Translations under genes and position numbers: made by a program
Shown: positions 18,622 through 28,327 of the stretch, piece after piece
Numbering within the stretch: position 1 is the first letter of the stretch
Layout of the letters: each line of letters starts with the position of its first letter
The notes under the pieces: model-generated
Database searches by the model: none
What the model saw: only the letters and a program-made list of their open reading frames with translations
What the model was told of the DNA's origin: nothing
DNA from: Candidatus Kerfeldbacteria bacterium
GTDB lineage: Bacteria; Patescibacteriota; Patescibacteriia; UBA10025; JAHIVO01
Assembly: GCA_047946875.1 (NCBI GenBank)
Contig: CP181398.1
Coordinates: 335,154 to 399,153 of the forward strand
Length of the DNA stretch: 64,000 bases
Direction: 5' to 3'

Positions 18622-19509
18622 TTATAATTCATTTATCATTTCATCAAATGAAGGAATATTTAGTTTATCACATACATCATGAATAGTTCGTAAACGACGA
18701 TCAACTGCAGACGGGGTTGCTTCCTCTATTGTAACATTAACTTTGAATTTAGTTTTGAATTTTTCTACCATTTCCAGTTTTGTAACATCGTTAGAGAAAA
18801 TATGAAACATTCCATTTTTTGGGTAGTTGTTTCGATTATTAATTATTTTGTCACATATTTTACCAAATTGTTTTGTGGTAATACCATTCCAAAGGTGCGT
18901 GCTAAAGCCTTTAATTGTTTCTCCCTCTTGTTTTTTAAACCATGCAATTAATGATACGTAGCCCGCGATTTCATGCCCTATGATTGAAGTTCTTAATACT
19001 AGAGAGTCTTTATATGGTTCACCTAGACTTTTTGATAGGCCATATAAATCATTAGAGGTTTTTTGTGAGTTTTCATCATAAGGTGCTTTTTCAGTTCCAT
19101 TATAAGCACAGTCGGTAGTTATTTGTATTAATTTTTCTTTGTAATGACTACTTAATATATGCGGTAGTGCTCCATTTATGAATAGGGTCGTGGTTGGATT
19201 ATCTGTACTATAGGGTTTTATAATTCCAGCACAATTAATAAAAGTATCAATTTCTCCAATTTCTTTGATTAATTTTGCTGTATGTGGTCCAAAAGTTCCT
19301 TCATTAAAACCTTCTAAATAGTCCTGATAGATATCGTTTAGATCAAAAATAACTTGTTTGTGTTTTGAAGTTCCTCCATAAGCCTTTTCTAATGCTTTAA
19401 GTTTTTCTTTGCTTCTATAAATTAAGATAAGTTCATATTTGTCCTTTAGTTCATTATAGACTGCGCTACCAAGCATACCCGTTGGAGCAGTAATGGCTAT
19501 TTTTTTCAT
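18622..19509 (-). CDS. RmlD-like NDP-4-keto-sugar reductase
   Basis: TAPTGMLGS, INCAGIIK, QITTDCAY, DLYGLSKSLGE, LRTSIIG. Confidence 0.85.
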   Translation of the reverse strand: MKKIAITAPTGMLGSAVYNELKDKYELILIYRSKEKLKALEKAYGGTSKHKQVIFDLNDIYQDYLEGFNEGTFGPHTAKLIKEIGEIDTFINCAGIIKPYSTDNPTTTLFINGALPHILSSHYKEKLIQITTDCAYNGTEKAPYDENSQKTSNDLYGLSKSLGEPYKDSLVLRTSIIGHEIAGYVSLIAWFKKQEGETIKGFSTHLWNGITTKQFGKICDKIINNRNNYPKNGMFHIFSNDVTKLEMVEKFKTKFKVNVTIEEATPSAVDRRLRTIHDVCDKLNIPSFDEMINEL

Positions 19510-19532
19510 ATTTTTTATTTAATTAGTTTGAT

Positions 19533-19979
19533 CTATCTTCCTTTAACTTCCCAAACATCTCCCCACTTATATGGATCAAATCTTTTATCGTCGTTAATTG
19601 ATTCTTCAAAAGAGGATGTTGATCCGCAAATAAGTGTTGTATTGTCCTCAAGTGATACCCATCCATTTGCATAACCTGGAGGTATGATAACTAAATTTGG
19701 TCTTCTTGATGAGCTGATAAATGTATATTGGTCTTTTTTATTTTTTGGATTAATTGCTACAAATTTTGCGGCACCATTAACTATCATAAAATATTTCCAC
19801 TCTATTTTGTGGAAATGAAATCCTCTAACTACTCCTTTGCCATAATTATAGACATAATATAGTCTTTTTATAGCCAACCCTTTTTTATCTGGGAGGCTAT
19901 TTGTTTCGTTCAAAAAAGGTATAAAAGTGCCTCTATCATCAGATCGTGCGTTAATTTCTTGGATGTATGGTTTTGTCAT
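19533..19979 (-). CDS. Cupin NDP-4-keto-sugar epimerase/isomerase (RmlC/WxcM-like)
   Basis: DDRGTF, VVRGFHFH, IIPPGYANG; start placed at MTKPY (19979), just after the upstream stop. Confidence 0.85.
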   Translation of the reverse strand: MTKPYIQEINARSDDRGTFIPFLNETNSLPDKKGLAIKRLYYVYNYGKGVVRGFHFHKIEWKYFMIVNGAAKFVAINPKNKKDQYTFISSSRRPNLVIIPPGYANGWVSLEDNTTLICGSTSSFEESINDDKRFDPYKWGDVWEVKGR

Positions 19980-19983
19980 AATA

Positions 19984-20952
19984 TTATTGTTTAATGTTAT
20001 TATTTTCGTAATCTTCAAGAATTGTAGTCATTCTTTTTACATTTGAATAAAATTCATTTTCCAAATTTACCACACGATTTTCGTTAACTAAATCTTTAAC
20101 TTGTTTTATTCCATGTAGAAGTGTCCTTTCTGTAGTTTTGGGAATAACCTTATCCTTAAGAGCTTTTGATTGATCAGCATTATAATTTCTATTGTCTTGG
20201 AATTTTTCTTCTGTGGTTTCTATTTTGCATCCAGTTTCTTCTTGGATGCGTTTTGCTAAATCAACGATCGTTGTATTCTCTGTTGCAATATTATAAATTC
20301 CTTTTACATCTCTATCAAGGTTATCGACTAAAAATTGTGCAATATCATTTACGTGAACAAATGGTCTCCACTGTGAGCCACCAAATACAGTTAGGGCACC
20401 TTTTTTAATTGCGTTCATGGTCATGATATTTACTGCTAAATCCATACGTATTCTTGAATATGTGTCAGATATTCCAAAAGCAGTACCGAGTCTAAAAATT
20501 AATGCATCTTTATCTTTGAGAAAATTTTCAGAATTTAATTTTGTCTGAGCATAAGCTGATAAAGGATTTGTTTTTGACGATTCATTGACCGGGTCATCAC
20601 TAGCTCCATAGACAGAGCAAGTTGAAGTAAATAAAATCCTTCCATCAAAATTGTTGGATATCCATTCAACGGAATCTTGATTAATTTCTTTGGTAAGTTG
20701 AGGGTTTAGTTGGCAGGCTGGATCTCCAACAAGACCAGCTAACCAAATAACATGAGAATAATTAGGTAATATTTGTTTTAATTTGGAATGGTCTCTAATA
20801 TCCCCATAAATAAATTCTACGGGTTTTAAATAATGGTTTTCATAAGTAAGATTGTCATAAACAGAAAATGGTATTTTTCTCTTCATTAATTCTTCAGTAG
20901 TGCCTCCACCAATATAACCTGCCCCACCAACAACTAGTACTTTTAGTTTCAT
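19984..20952 (-). CDS. NAD-dependent extended SDR, Cj1427/WcaG-like sugar C4 oxidoreductase
   Basis: GGAGYIG, LAGLVGDPAC, STCSVYG, YAQTK, FRLGTAFGIS..RIRMDLAVN, WRPFVHVND, DNRNY. Confidence 0.8.
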   Translation of the reverse strand: MKLKVLVVGGAGYIGGGTTEELMKRKIPFSVYDNLTYENHYLKPVEFIYGDIRDHSKLKQILPNYSHVIWLAGLVGDPACQLNPQLTKEINQDSVEWISNNFDGRILFTSTCSVYGASDDPVNESSKTNPLSAYAQTKLNSENFLKDKDALIFRLGTAFGISDTYSRIRMDLAVNIMTMNAIKKGALTVFGGSQWRPFVHVNDIAQFLVDNLDRDVKGIYNIATENTTIVDLAKRIQEETGCKIETTEEKFQDNRNYNADQSKALKDKVIPKTTERTLLHGIKQVKDLVNENRVVNLENEFYSNVKRMTTILEDYENNNIKQ

Positions 20953-21007
20953 ATTGCTCTTTTTTACTTGTTAAAAAAATCTTTATTTTAAAATAAAGTT
21001 AATTAAA

Positions 21008-22303
21008 TTATATATTATTCAGTGTATTTGTCAATTTCTTTGCGTTTTTTATGGCATCATGATTTTGGTAGAAAGTTTTGTTAGCATTATTGATTATAGT
21101 ATTTGAATATTTAATATCTGTTAATAGTTTGATTATTCCTTCTTGTAGATTATCTATGTTGTTATTATCAATTACTAGACCAAATTTATTCTCTTTTGCA
21201 TACTTACTGACGTAGGCATACTTAGGAGCATGAATAAGGATTGGTTTACCAGAAATAAGATATTCTGTCAGTTTTCCAGGCGTTGCCGTTCGAATAATTT
21301 CTGGACTAGGTGTATTCCAAGCAAGTGGTAAAAATAATATATCAGCTGAAAGTTGAATTTTTGCGATTTCAGATGGGTGAGCAATCCCTAGAAAAATATT
21401 CTTTTGATCCTTAGTAGTCTCTTTAATTATATCTGGGGTTTTTAAAGAATATAAATATAATTCAATTTTAATATTCTGTATTTTTTTTACAGCTTCTATT
21501 AAGTTTAAGACACTTTGTTCTTGTGGCCAGTAAATGTGACCAGTGAAGATAATTTTAAATGGTGGTTTTGGTTTGTATAACTCTTTGACTCGAGTATAAG
21601 ATTTTGAAAAAATTGAATTATATATTATTTCAGTTGGGAGAATTCCATATCTTTTTTTATATAGATCATCTGTTCCTTGGTTAGTAAAAAATATTTTTTT
21701 TGCATTGCGTACTATTATTGGTTCTGCAAATTTGGATAAAAGATTTATCGATGGGAGAAAGTTATTGCCATAATAAATGTCAAAAAAATATAAAGTATAA
21801 GGTTTTTTTGTTAGAATATGAATTAGGTAGGTAGATATCATTGCTAGGCCATCACCTGATGTTGCAATTAAAATCTCTGTTTTTTCTTTTCTTATTGTTT
21901 TAATCCCTTGGTAGGTGATTATAATGATCTGATAAAAAAAAATGATTAAATTATATATTCCTTTAAAGTTAAGTAGTTGTTTAATTTTTAAAATTTGATT
22001 ATTTTTTTTATCCTTATTATTTTGATTAATTACATTAATTTGTCTTTTATTGTGAATATTGTTAACGCAATCTGCACATTTATAATTATTTTTTTTCGGT
22101 TGATCGTAGTAGTAATACCTACATGGTAACCAATCAGAACTATTATGCATAACAGATGTGATAATTCTGTAACTAGTTAAAATACTATAGGAGTCACTAT
22201 GAAATTGTGAAAAAATAGTAGATAGGTTTACTGATCCGCCAGTCATTGGAGGGGCCCAAGTAGTGACTAATAATATTTTTTTTATTTTATTTAGTTCTTC
22301 CAT
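21008..22303 (-). CDS. GT4-like glycosyltransferase
   Basis: WAPPMTGG, IIFTGHIY, ADILFLP..TPGKLTEYLISGKPIL. Confidence 0.85.
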   Translation of the reverse strand: MEELNKIKKILLVTTWAPPMTGGSVNLSTIFSQFHSDSYSILTSYRIITSVMHNSSDWLPCRYYYYDQPKKNNYKCADCVNNIHNKRQINVINQNNKDKKNNQILKIKQLLNFKGIYNLIIFFYQIIIITYQGIKTIRKEKTEILIATSGDGLAMISTYLIHILTKKPYTLYFFDIYYGNNFLPSINLLSKFAEPIIVRNAKKIFFTNQGTDDLYKKRYGILPTEIIYNSIFSKSYTRVKELYKPKPPFKIIFTGHIYWPQEQSVLNLIEAVKKIQNIKIELYLYSLKTPDIIKETTKDQKNIFLGIAHPSEIAKIQLSADILFLPLAWNTPSPEIIRTATPGKLTEYLISGKPILIHAPKYAYVSKYAKENKFGLVIDNNNIDNLQEGIIKLLTDIKYSNTIINNANKTFYQNHDAIKNAKKLTNTLNNI

Positions 22304-23492
22304 TTTTGTATAATTCTATTAATTTTTTTGTTATTGATTCTAAATCAAATTCTCGTGATTTTTTTAATGCTGATTCACTCATTTTATTTATCAATTTGGG
22401 TTGATCAATAAACAATTGTATTTTTTCAGTTAACTCTTTTTGACTATTAGGGCTAATGATAAAGCCTTCAATTGAGTTAGTGATATATTCAGAAATTCCG
22501 GTGTTAGTAGTGCATATAATTGGTTTACCGAATGCCATACCTTCTAAACATACCATTGAAAAGCTCTCACTAATACTAGGTTGAACTACTATATCTGCAC
22601 AATTGAAATAAGATGGCATTTCTTTAGGAAAAATGTCTCCTAGTAAGAGTACTATTTTTGTTAAGTTTTCTTTTTTTATAATTTTTTTTAATTCCTTTTC
22701 TTGGGGGCCTGAACCGATTACCAGGATTACGAAATTTCTATAGCCATTTTTTTTTAAAGAAATTGCCGAATTTATCAATAATATCGGTTTTTTTAAATTT
22801 ATTAAAAAACCCGCAAAGAGAAAAACAATTTTATTTTTTATTATTCTACTTATTTCAATTGGTAAGGAGTTTATATTTTTTTTTGTGTAGCCATTGGGAA
22901 TAATATTAAATAGCTTATTTATTTTATTTTTATAACTTTTAATTACTAGGTTTGATACTGTTATTAGATGTGTAGTTTGATCCACATTATAAAGTATTTT
23001 TTTTATTGTTGTATCATCATACATTTTAATATGATAATCGTATAATGAATGTATTGTAAGAAATGAAGGTATTTGAAGTTCTTTTCCAATTTTAGAAGCT
23101 TCATCTCCAATTAACACCTCATGGCCATGAACTAGTTTAAAATTAAACTTCTTGTGTAATTTTTTGGATTCCTTAAGTATATTTTTTGAAATTTTGTTTT
23201 TAATAATTCTGTTTTTATATTTTATATTTAATGATTTAGTAATACTTAAGATTAATAAAATAATTGAAAAATATTTTATATAATGAATATGAATACCATT
23301 AATCTTTTGATAATTTTTTATGGGTTTTTTTAATTCTTTTTTTAGGGATATAAAATAGGGTACTACGACAAAGATATTATAGTAATTGCTCAAAGCTTTA
23401 ATTTGGTCTTTAATAAAAATACCTGAATATGAAGCTGACCCAGGGGTAGTATATAATCCAGTAACTATTAATATATTTTTTTTGTTATTCAT
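22287..23492 (-). CDS. GT4 glycosyltransferase (TuaC-like)
   Basis: GIFIKDQ, IIPNG, FAGFLINLK, QPSISESFSMVCLEGMAFGKPII. Confidence 0.88.
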   Translation of the reverse strand: MNNKKNILIVTGLYTTPGSASYSGIFIKDQIKALSNYYNIFVVVPYFISLKKELKKPIKNYQKINGIHIHYIKYFSIILLILSITKSLNIKYKNRIIKNKISKNILKESKKLHKKFNFKLVHGHEVLIGDEASKIGKELQIPSFLTIHSLYDYHIKMYDDTTIKKILYNVDQTTHLITVSNLVIKSYKNKINKLFNIIPNGYTKKNINSLPIEISRIIKNKIVFLFAGFLINLKKPILLINSAISLKKNGYRNFVILVIGSGPQEKELKKIIKKENLTKIVLLLGDIFPKEMPSYFNCADIVVQPSISESFSMVCLEGMAFGKPIICTTNTGISEYITNSIEGFIISPNSQKELTEKIQLFIDQPKLINKMSESALKKSREFDLESITKKLIELYKNGRTK

Positions 23493-23586
23493 CTAATATA
23501 TAGTTTAAAATCATTAGTATTTTGGTAGAGTTGATAATTTTATCTGCGCAATTTTTATTAAATAATATTTTATAAGAAAAAGTATA

Positions 23587-24564
23587 TTAGATTCGATTAG
23601 TTTTTTTGTCTTTAAATATTTTTTTATACCAATTAATTGTTTTTTTTAGTCCTTCTTCAACATCTACTATTGGTGAATAGTTTATCAATTTTTTTGCTTT
23701 TGAAATGTCAGCTAATGAATTTTTAACGTCACCAATTCGTGGTGGATTTAATTTCGGACTAATTTTAGTATTAAGAATTGAATTAATAAGGTTAATAAGC
23801 TGAAGTAATGAAATACTTTGTGAACAGGCAATATTAATTATTTCTCCATTTTTAACTTTTGAATTCATGGCTAAAATATTTGCCTCAATATTATTTCTTA
23901 CGTATGTAAAATCACGACTTTGCGTACCGTCGCCAAAAATTTGTGGCTGTTCACCTTTGAGTATAGCTTTTATAAACAGAGGAATAACAGCGGCATATTC
24001 TGAATTTGGATTTTGACGCGGACCAAAAACATTAAAATATCTTAAAGTTATAGTAGGTAAGTCATAAATATGGGAAAAAACTTTAACATAATATTCGGCA
24101 CTAATTTTTGAAACAGCATAGGGTGAGAGAGGTTGGGGTTCCATTATTTCCTTTTTCTTAACAACTTTTTGTGAAGCAGAATTTTCACGGTTACCATAAA
24201 CTGAGGAGGAGGAGGCAAAAACAACTTTTTTAATATCCTGGTTTTTAGCAGCAATTAGTACGTTTAAAGTGCCTGTAGTATTTGACGTATGTGTATTGTA
24301 AGGATCCTTAATAGAGCGAGGTACTGATCCAAGAGCAGCCTGATGGAGGACAGCATCATATCCGGTAAATTGTTTTTCTAATAAATCAAGTGAACGAATA
24401 TCTCCTTTTACGAATTCAATTTCGTCTTTTACTGGGTCCAGATTTTTTAATAAACCTCCTGATAAATTATCAATAACTTTAACTTGATAACCTCTCTTAA
24501 TGAGTTCAATCGTTAAATTTGATCCTATAAATCCTGCACCCCCTGTAACAATTATTTTTTTCAT
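23587..24564 (-). CDS. UDP-HexNAc(A) 4-epimerase (WbpP/TviC-like SDR)
   Basis: TGGAGFIGSNL, HQAALGSVPRSI, ASSSSVYG, SPYAVSK, LRYFNVFGPRQNP..YAAVIP, GDGTQSRDFTY. Confidence 0.9.
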   Translation of the reverse strand: MKKIIVTGGAGFIGSNLTIELIKRGYQVKVIDNLSGGLLKNLDPVKDEIEFVKGDIRSLDLLEKQFTGYDAVLHQAALGSVPRSIKDPYNTHTSNTTGTLNVLIAAKNQDIKKVVFASSSSVYGNRENSASQKVVKKKEIMEPQPLSPYAVSKISAEYYVKVFSHIYDLPTITLRYFNVFGPRQNPNSEYAAVIPLFIKAILKGEQPQIFGDGTQSRDFTYVRNNIEANILAMNSKVKNGEIINIACSQSISLLQLINLINSILNTKISPKLNPPRIGDVKNSLADISKAKKLINYSPIVDVEEGLKKTINWYKKIFKDKKTNRI

Positions 24565-24579
24565 AAACTTAATTTAATA

Positions 24580-25893
24580 TTAATTTGTATTAACTAATTT
24601 TTTTATTAACTCCTTAATTATTTTACTGTTTAACTGTTTATCGAATTTATTTTTGGCTAACGTTAAATTTGAGTTAATAATATGTTCAATTTGTTTTTTA
24701 TATTGATTATTAAAAATTTTATTGATTAAATTTGCCAACTGATCGACATCCTTTGGTTTAACTAAAAAACCGTTAATTTGATCTTTTATTATTTCTCTGA
24801 TTTGGGGAATATCACCCATAATTACTAGTGTGCCACAAGCCATTGCTTCTGCCATTACATTCGGAAATGAATCATTGGATGAAATTGAAACCATTATGTC
24901 AGAGGCAGCATAATACCAAGGCATATCTTCGCTTTTAACTTGTAATATCCAATTAAAGTTTTGTTCAAAACCTTTTTCTGAAATTACTTTTTTTATTTTT
25001 TCTGTATGCTCCATGCCTACTTTTGATAAAATCAGTATTAATATATTTGGATTTTTTGGGAGAATTTTGAAGATAGCTTTTAAAAAAATATCAAAATTTA
25101 AGTAATCAGCAATTCCACGAGGCCATAATATAACCTGTTTTTTAGAAATGTTTAATTTCTTTCTGGCTTCTTGTTTTGAACGGGGATAAAAAACATTAAG
25201 ATCTACTCCAGGATATCGGATTAGATGAATTTTTTTTAATTCAGCTCCATATGTCCTGGCTTTTTCTAATGCGGTTTGAGAATTCACTGTAATTGATTTT
25301 GCTCGCTTTACTGCATGTTTAACAATTTTTTTCTTCAATAACCTGTCAATACCATTCCATTTTGCCCACCATGTAATGTCGCCATTCCAAAATGTTATTA
25401 CAATAGGTAAAGATTTTGGTAAACAAAAAGCTAAATAAGATGGGTAAAGTACGGTTTGTAAAAAAATAATATTAGGTTGGAAATCCTTTACTGCGTTTTG
25501 CAATATTTTTCTATCTCGTAAAAATATAGATATGTCATATAAAGTATCTGCAGATATCTCATCTAGAAGGTGAGTTTTTATTATAAGTTTTTTTAAAAAA
25601 GAATATATGTACATAATAAATTTTTTTATTCCGGTTCGTATTCTTTTTAAATATATTTGTTCAGATTTTGATACAATTTTACTTGTTTTATTTAAAGAAT
25701 GTTCAATTATTTTGGCATTTGTTAAAGCATAAAATCGGACATTCGGAATTTTATATGGGAAAGTCGAAGCTAGAGCCACTTCAAAATTTGGATCTTCCGC
25801 AAAAATGCTAATACGTCGATAAGCATGGATTGAATAGCCCCACGCGAGAAAAAAAATTTTAATTCGTTTATTAGAATCTTGTAGATTTTTCAT
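24580..25893 (-). CDS. GT4 glycosyltransferase
   Basis: TFWNGDI, YPGVDL, SISSNDSFPNVMAEAMACG, NGFLV. Confidence 0.88.
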   Translation of the reverse strand: MKNLQDSNKRIKIFFLAWGYSIHAYRRISIFAEDPNFEVALASTFPYKIPNVRFYALTNAKIIEHSLNKTSKIVSKSEQIYLKRIRTGIKKFIMYIYSFLKKLIIKTHLLDEISADTLYDISIFLRDRKILQNAVKDFQPNIIFLQTVLYPSYLAFCLPKSLPIVITFWNGDITWWAKWNGIDRLLKKKIVKHAVKRAKSITVNSQTALEKARTYGAELKKIHLIRYPGVDLNVFYPRSKQEARKKLNISKKQVILWPRGIADYLNFDIFLKAIFKILPKNPNILILILSKVGMEHTEKIKKVISEKGFEQNFNWILQVKSEDMPWYYAASDIMVSISSNDSFPNVMAEAMACGTLVIMGDIPQIREIIKDQINGFLVKPKDVDQLANLINKIFNNQYKKQIEHIINSNLTLAKNKFDKQLNSKIIKELIKKLVNTN

Positions 25894-26064
25894 AGTTATT
25901 TTCTAAATTTCTTGAATCCAAAATTTTAACATAATTGAAAGCCATGGTTTTTGTCAACTAATTCGAGCTACTTTCTGTTACATTATAATAAATCTTGTCA
26001 ATATTAAACTAGGTCCAACATGCATCTTCACCTAAACAAGATATTATTTTTGCATTTGAATAAA

Positions 26065-27330
26065 TCATTTTAATATTTCCCAACTACAGGGGTGTAAAAT
26101 TACTCCATTAAAATTTGATCTTATATGTTCACCATTATTTCCAGTTTGTTCAATAATTAATTCAGCTGCATCTGGAATCCAATCGATTACTCCTAGTCCA
26201 TTTGCACCAAAATCGATAAAGTAACTACCTGGAGGAAAATAATTATTTTTAAAATCAATCTTAAAGCTTACTTCCCCTTTATTGAATTTACTTGGTAGAT
26301 TTGTGTCGGATGTATGAATGTTAAATAAAGAAATACCTAGCTGGTTTACTATTCTAAAACTTAGGTTTAATTCAGTGATATCTTTTTGTATTTCTGCAGT
26401 TAAAACCATACTAAATTTTTCGTAAAGTTTAATTGAATTTGTGATTTCTTTTTGTGAATTAATGAATTTTACACTTTTCCATTTAAACATACTATTTGGT
26501 AATGAATTTTTTCTAAGAGCAGGGTTTGATAGATTAAATTTTCCTGAAGTATTAGAATTTTTATTTTTTAAGTATTCTTCTATTACTTTATTTGTTTTCC
26601 CATCAATTTGTATTTTTCCATTATTAATTAATATTGATCTATCACATAATGATGAGATTGCATTCATATTATGACTTACAAATATTATCGTTCTTCCTTT
26701 ATTTGCAACTGATTCCATTTTACCTAGGCATTTTTTTTGAAATTCTATATCACCAACAGCTAAAACTTCATCAACTATTAATATTTCTGGTTCCAAGTGC
26801 GCAGCTACGGAAAATGCTAAACGAACAAACATACCACTTGAGTATCTTTTTACAGGAGTATCAAGGAAATTACCGATTTCAGAAAATTCTACTATCTCAT
26901 CAAATTTTTCTTTGATTTCCAATCTTTTCATTCCTAAAATCGCTCCATTTAGGAAAATATTTTCCCGTCCAGTTAGCTCAGGATGAAAACCAGTCCCTAC
27001 TTCAAGAAGACTTGCAACTCTACCGTTTAATTCTATTTTTCCAGTAGTTGGATGTGTTATTTGGGATAGTATTTTTAGGAGTGTACTCTTTCCTGCACCA
27101 TTTTTACCAATTATTCCAATTCTCTCACCTTTGTTAATTGAAAAGTTAATATTTTTAAGTGCCCAAAATATTTCTTTGGATTGTTTTGCCTTTTTTTTGG
27201 TTAAAATCTCAAATGGTTTTTTAATAAATTCAGTTACTTTATCTCTCATGGTATCATAATTAGCATTATGAGAAATAATGTATGATTTGGAAATATTTTC
27301 TACTTTTATTATTGGCTCTTGTTGATTCAT
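26065..27330 (-). CDS. wzt: Polysaccharide ABC exporter ATPase with C-terminal Wzt_C-like domain
   Basis: FWALKN, GKNGAGKST, EVGTGFHPELTGREN, YSSGM, VDEVLAVGD, VSH; roughly 170-aa C-terminal extension. Confidence 0.93.
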   Translation of the reverse strand: MNQQEPIIKVENISKSYIISHNANYDTMRDKVTEFIKKPFEILTKKKAKQSKEIFWALKNINFSINKGERIGIIGKNGAGKSTLLKILSQITHPTTGKIELNGRVASLLEVGTGFHPELTGRENIFLNGAILGMKRLEIKEKFDEIVEFSEIGNFLDTPVKRYSSGMFVRLAFSVAAHLEPEILIVDEVLAVGDIEFQKKCLGKMESVANKGRTIIFVSHNMNAISSLCDRSILINNGKIQIDGKTNKVIEEYLKNKNSNTSGKFNLSNPALRKNSLPNSMFKWKSVKFINSQKEITNSIKLYEKFSMVLTAEIQKDITELNLSFRIVNQLGISLFNIHTSDTNLPSKFNKGEVSFKIDFKNNYFPPGSYFIDFGANGLGVIDWIPDAAELIIEQTGNNGEHIRSNFNGVILHPCSWEILK

Positions 27331-27334
27331 ATAT

Positions 27335-28168
27335 TTAGGCTATATCTGCAAATACTTTCTCGGTTTTTCTAAAATAAAATATTCCAAGAATAAATAAAGC
27401 TATAGCTATGATAGTTGATATTCCTAGGAGTTCATAATTAATTGGTTGATTGCCAATTAAACCGGCTCTTGCTGTCTCGATGATGCCGGTCATAGGATTT
27501 AAAGCAAGAATCCATTGGTATTTTTCTGGTATTAGTGTTGTTGGGTATATTACAGGTGTAACAAAAAAAAGTGTCTGTATGAAAAATGGTAAAGCTTCTC
27601 TAATATCTCTATATCTGACATTAATTGCTGCCAAGAAACTTCCTAAACCTGAAGCTGAAAGTAAAGATAGAATTATTAATAATGGTAAAAGGAGTAGACC
27701 CTCTAAAGTTGGTGTGTATTGATAATATAGCATTAGACCAGCATATACTAAAAATGAAATTAGTAATTCTATTAATGGTGTAATAGAAGCTGAAAAGGGA
27801 AGTATGAGTCTAGGGAAATATATTTTTTTTATTACATTTTCATTTTCGACTAAAGAGTTACTTGATTTTGTTAAAGATGTAGAGAAATAATTCCAAAATA
27901 ATAATCCTGAAAAAGCAAAGATTGGGTATGGTATACCGTCTGACGGAACTCCAATCAAATTACCAAAAAATAAAGAAAATACAACCATTAGCATGATAGG
28001 CTGAATTAGAGCCCAAATTATACCAATGGCAGTTTGCTTGTATCTTACTTTAATGTCCCTCCAGCTGAAAATATAAAAAAGTTCTTTAAATAGCCAAAGT
28101 TCTTTAAAGTTTATTCCAACCCAACCTTTTTTTGGTTTAATAATTGTTTTATGAGTATTTTCTTGCAT
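27335..28168 (-). CDS. wzm: Polysaccharide ABC exporter permease
   Basis: RDIKVRYKQTAIG..WALIQP, KKIYFPR, NVRYRD, TPVIYP, NPMT, EKVFADIA; start placed at MQENT (28168). Confidence 0.93.
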   Translation of the reverse strand: MQENTHKTIIKPKKGWVGINFKELWLFKELFYIFSWRDIKVRYKQTAIGIIWALIQPIMLMVVFSLFFGNLIGVPSDGIPYPIFAFSGLLFWNYFSTSLTKSSNSLVENENVIKKIYFPRLILPFSASITPLIELLISFLVYAGLMLYYQYTPTLEGLLLLPLLIILSLLSASGLGSFLAAINVRYRDIREALPFFIQTLFFVTPVIYPTTLIPEKYQWILALNPMTGIIETARAGLIGNQPINYELLGISTIIAIALFILGIFYFRKTEKVFADIA

Positions 28169-28204
28169 AAATACTGAAAATAATGTTACTTTGTGATTAT
28201 AATA

Positions 28205-28272
28205 TAAAATACTCATTAATATTAATAGAGTATTTTAGTAGTTATTATTATAACTTTTCGGGATTATAATAA
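28205..28272. promoter_or_regulatory. Two adjacent inverted repeats in the divergent wzm / GT-C intergenic region
   Basis: taaaatactc..gagtatttta (28205-28237, with palindromic core attaatattaat) and ttattataa..ttataataa (28245-28272). Confidence 0.4.
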
Positions 28273-28327
28273 CAAGTTTAATGAATTTTGAAAAGGGGTA
28301 GTTTGTGCTATAATTTATGTTAATAAT

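Noticed and set aside
25894-26064. 15-codon minus-strand ORF (MQKIISCLGEDACWT) after wzt as a gene remnant
   Set aside because: Too short to assign; the gap is adequately explained by an internal promoter (TTGACA-18-TATGTT).
7989-27840. Poly-A/T runs of 8-10 nt in glycosyltransferase genes as phase-variation tracts
   Set aside because: Expected from Lys/Phe codons in very AT-rich DNA; all frames are intact and there are no poly-G/C tracts.
11596-28327. Minus-strand glycan block as a site-specific invertible segment
   Set aside because: No matching inverted repeats seen at the two ends and no recombinase in the window.
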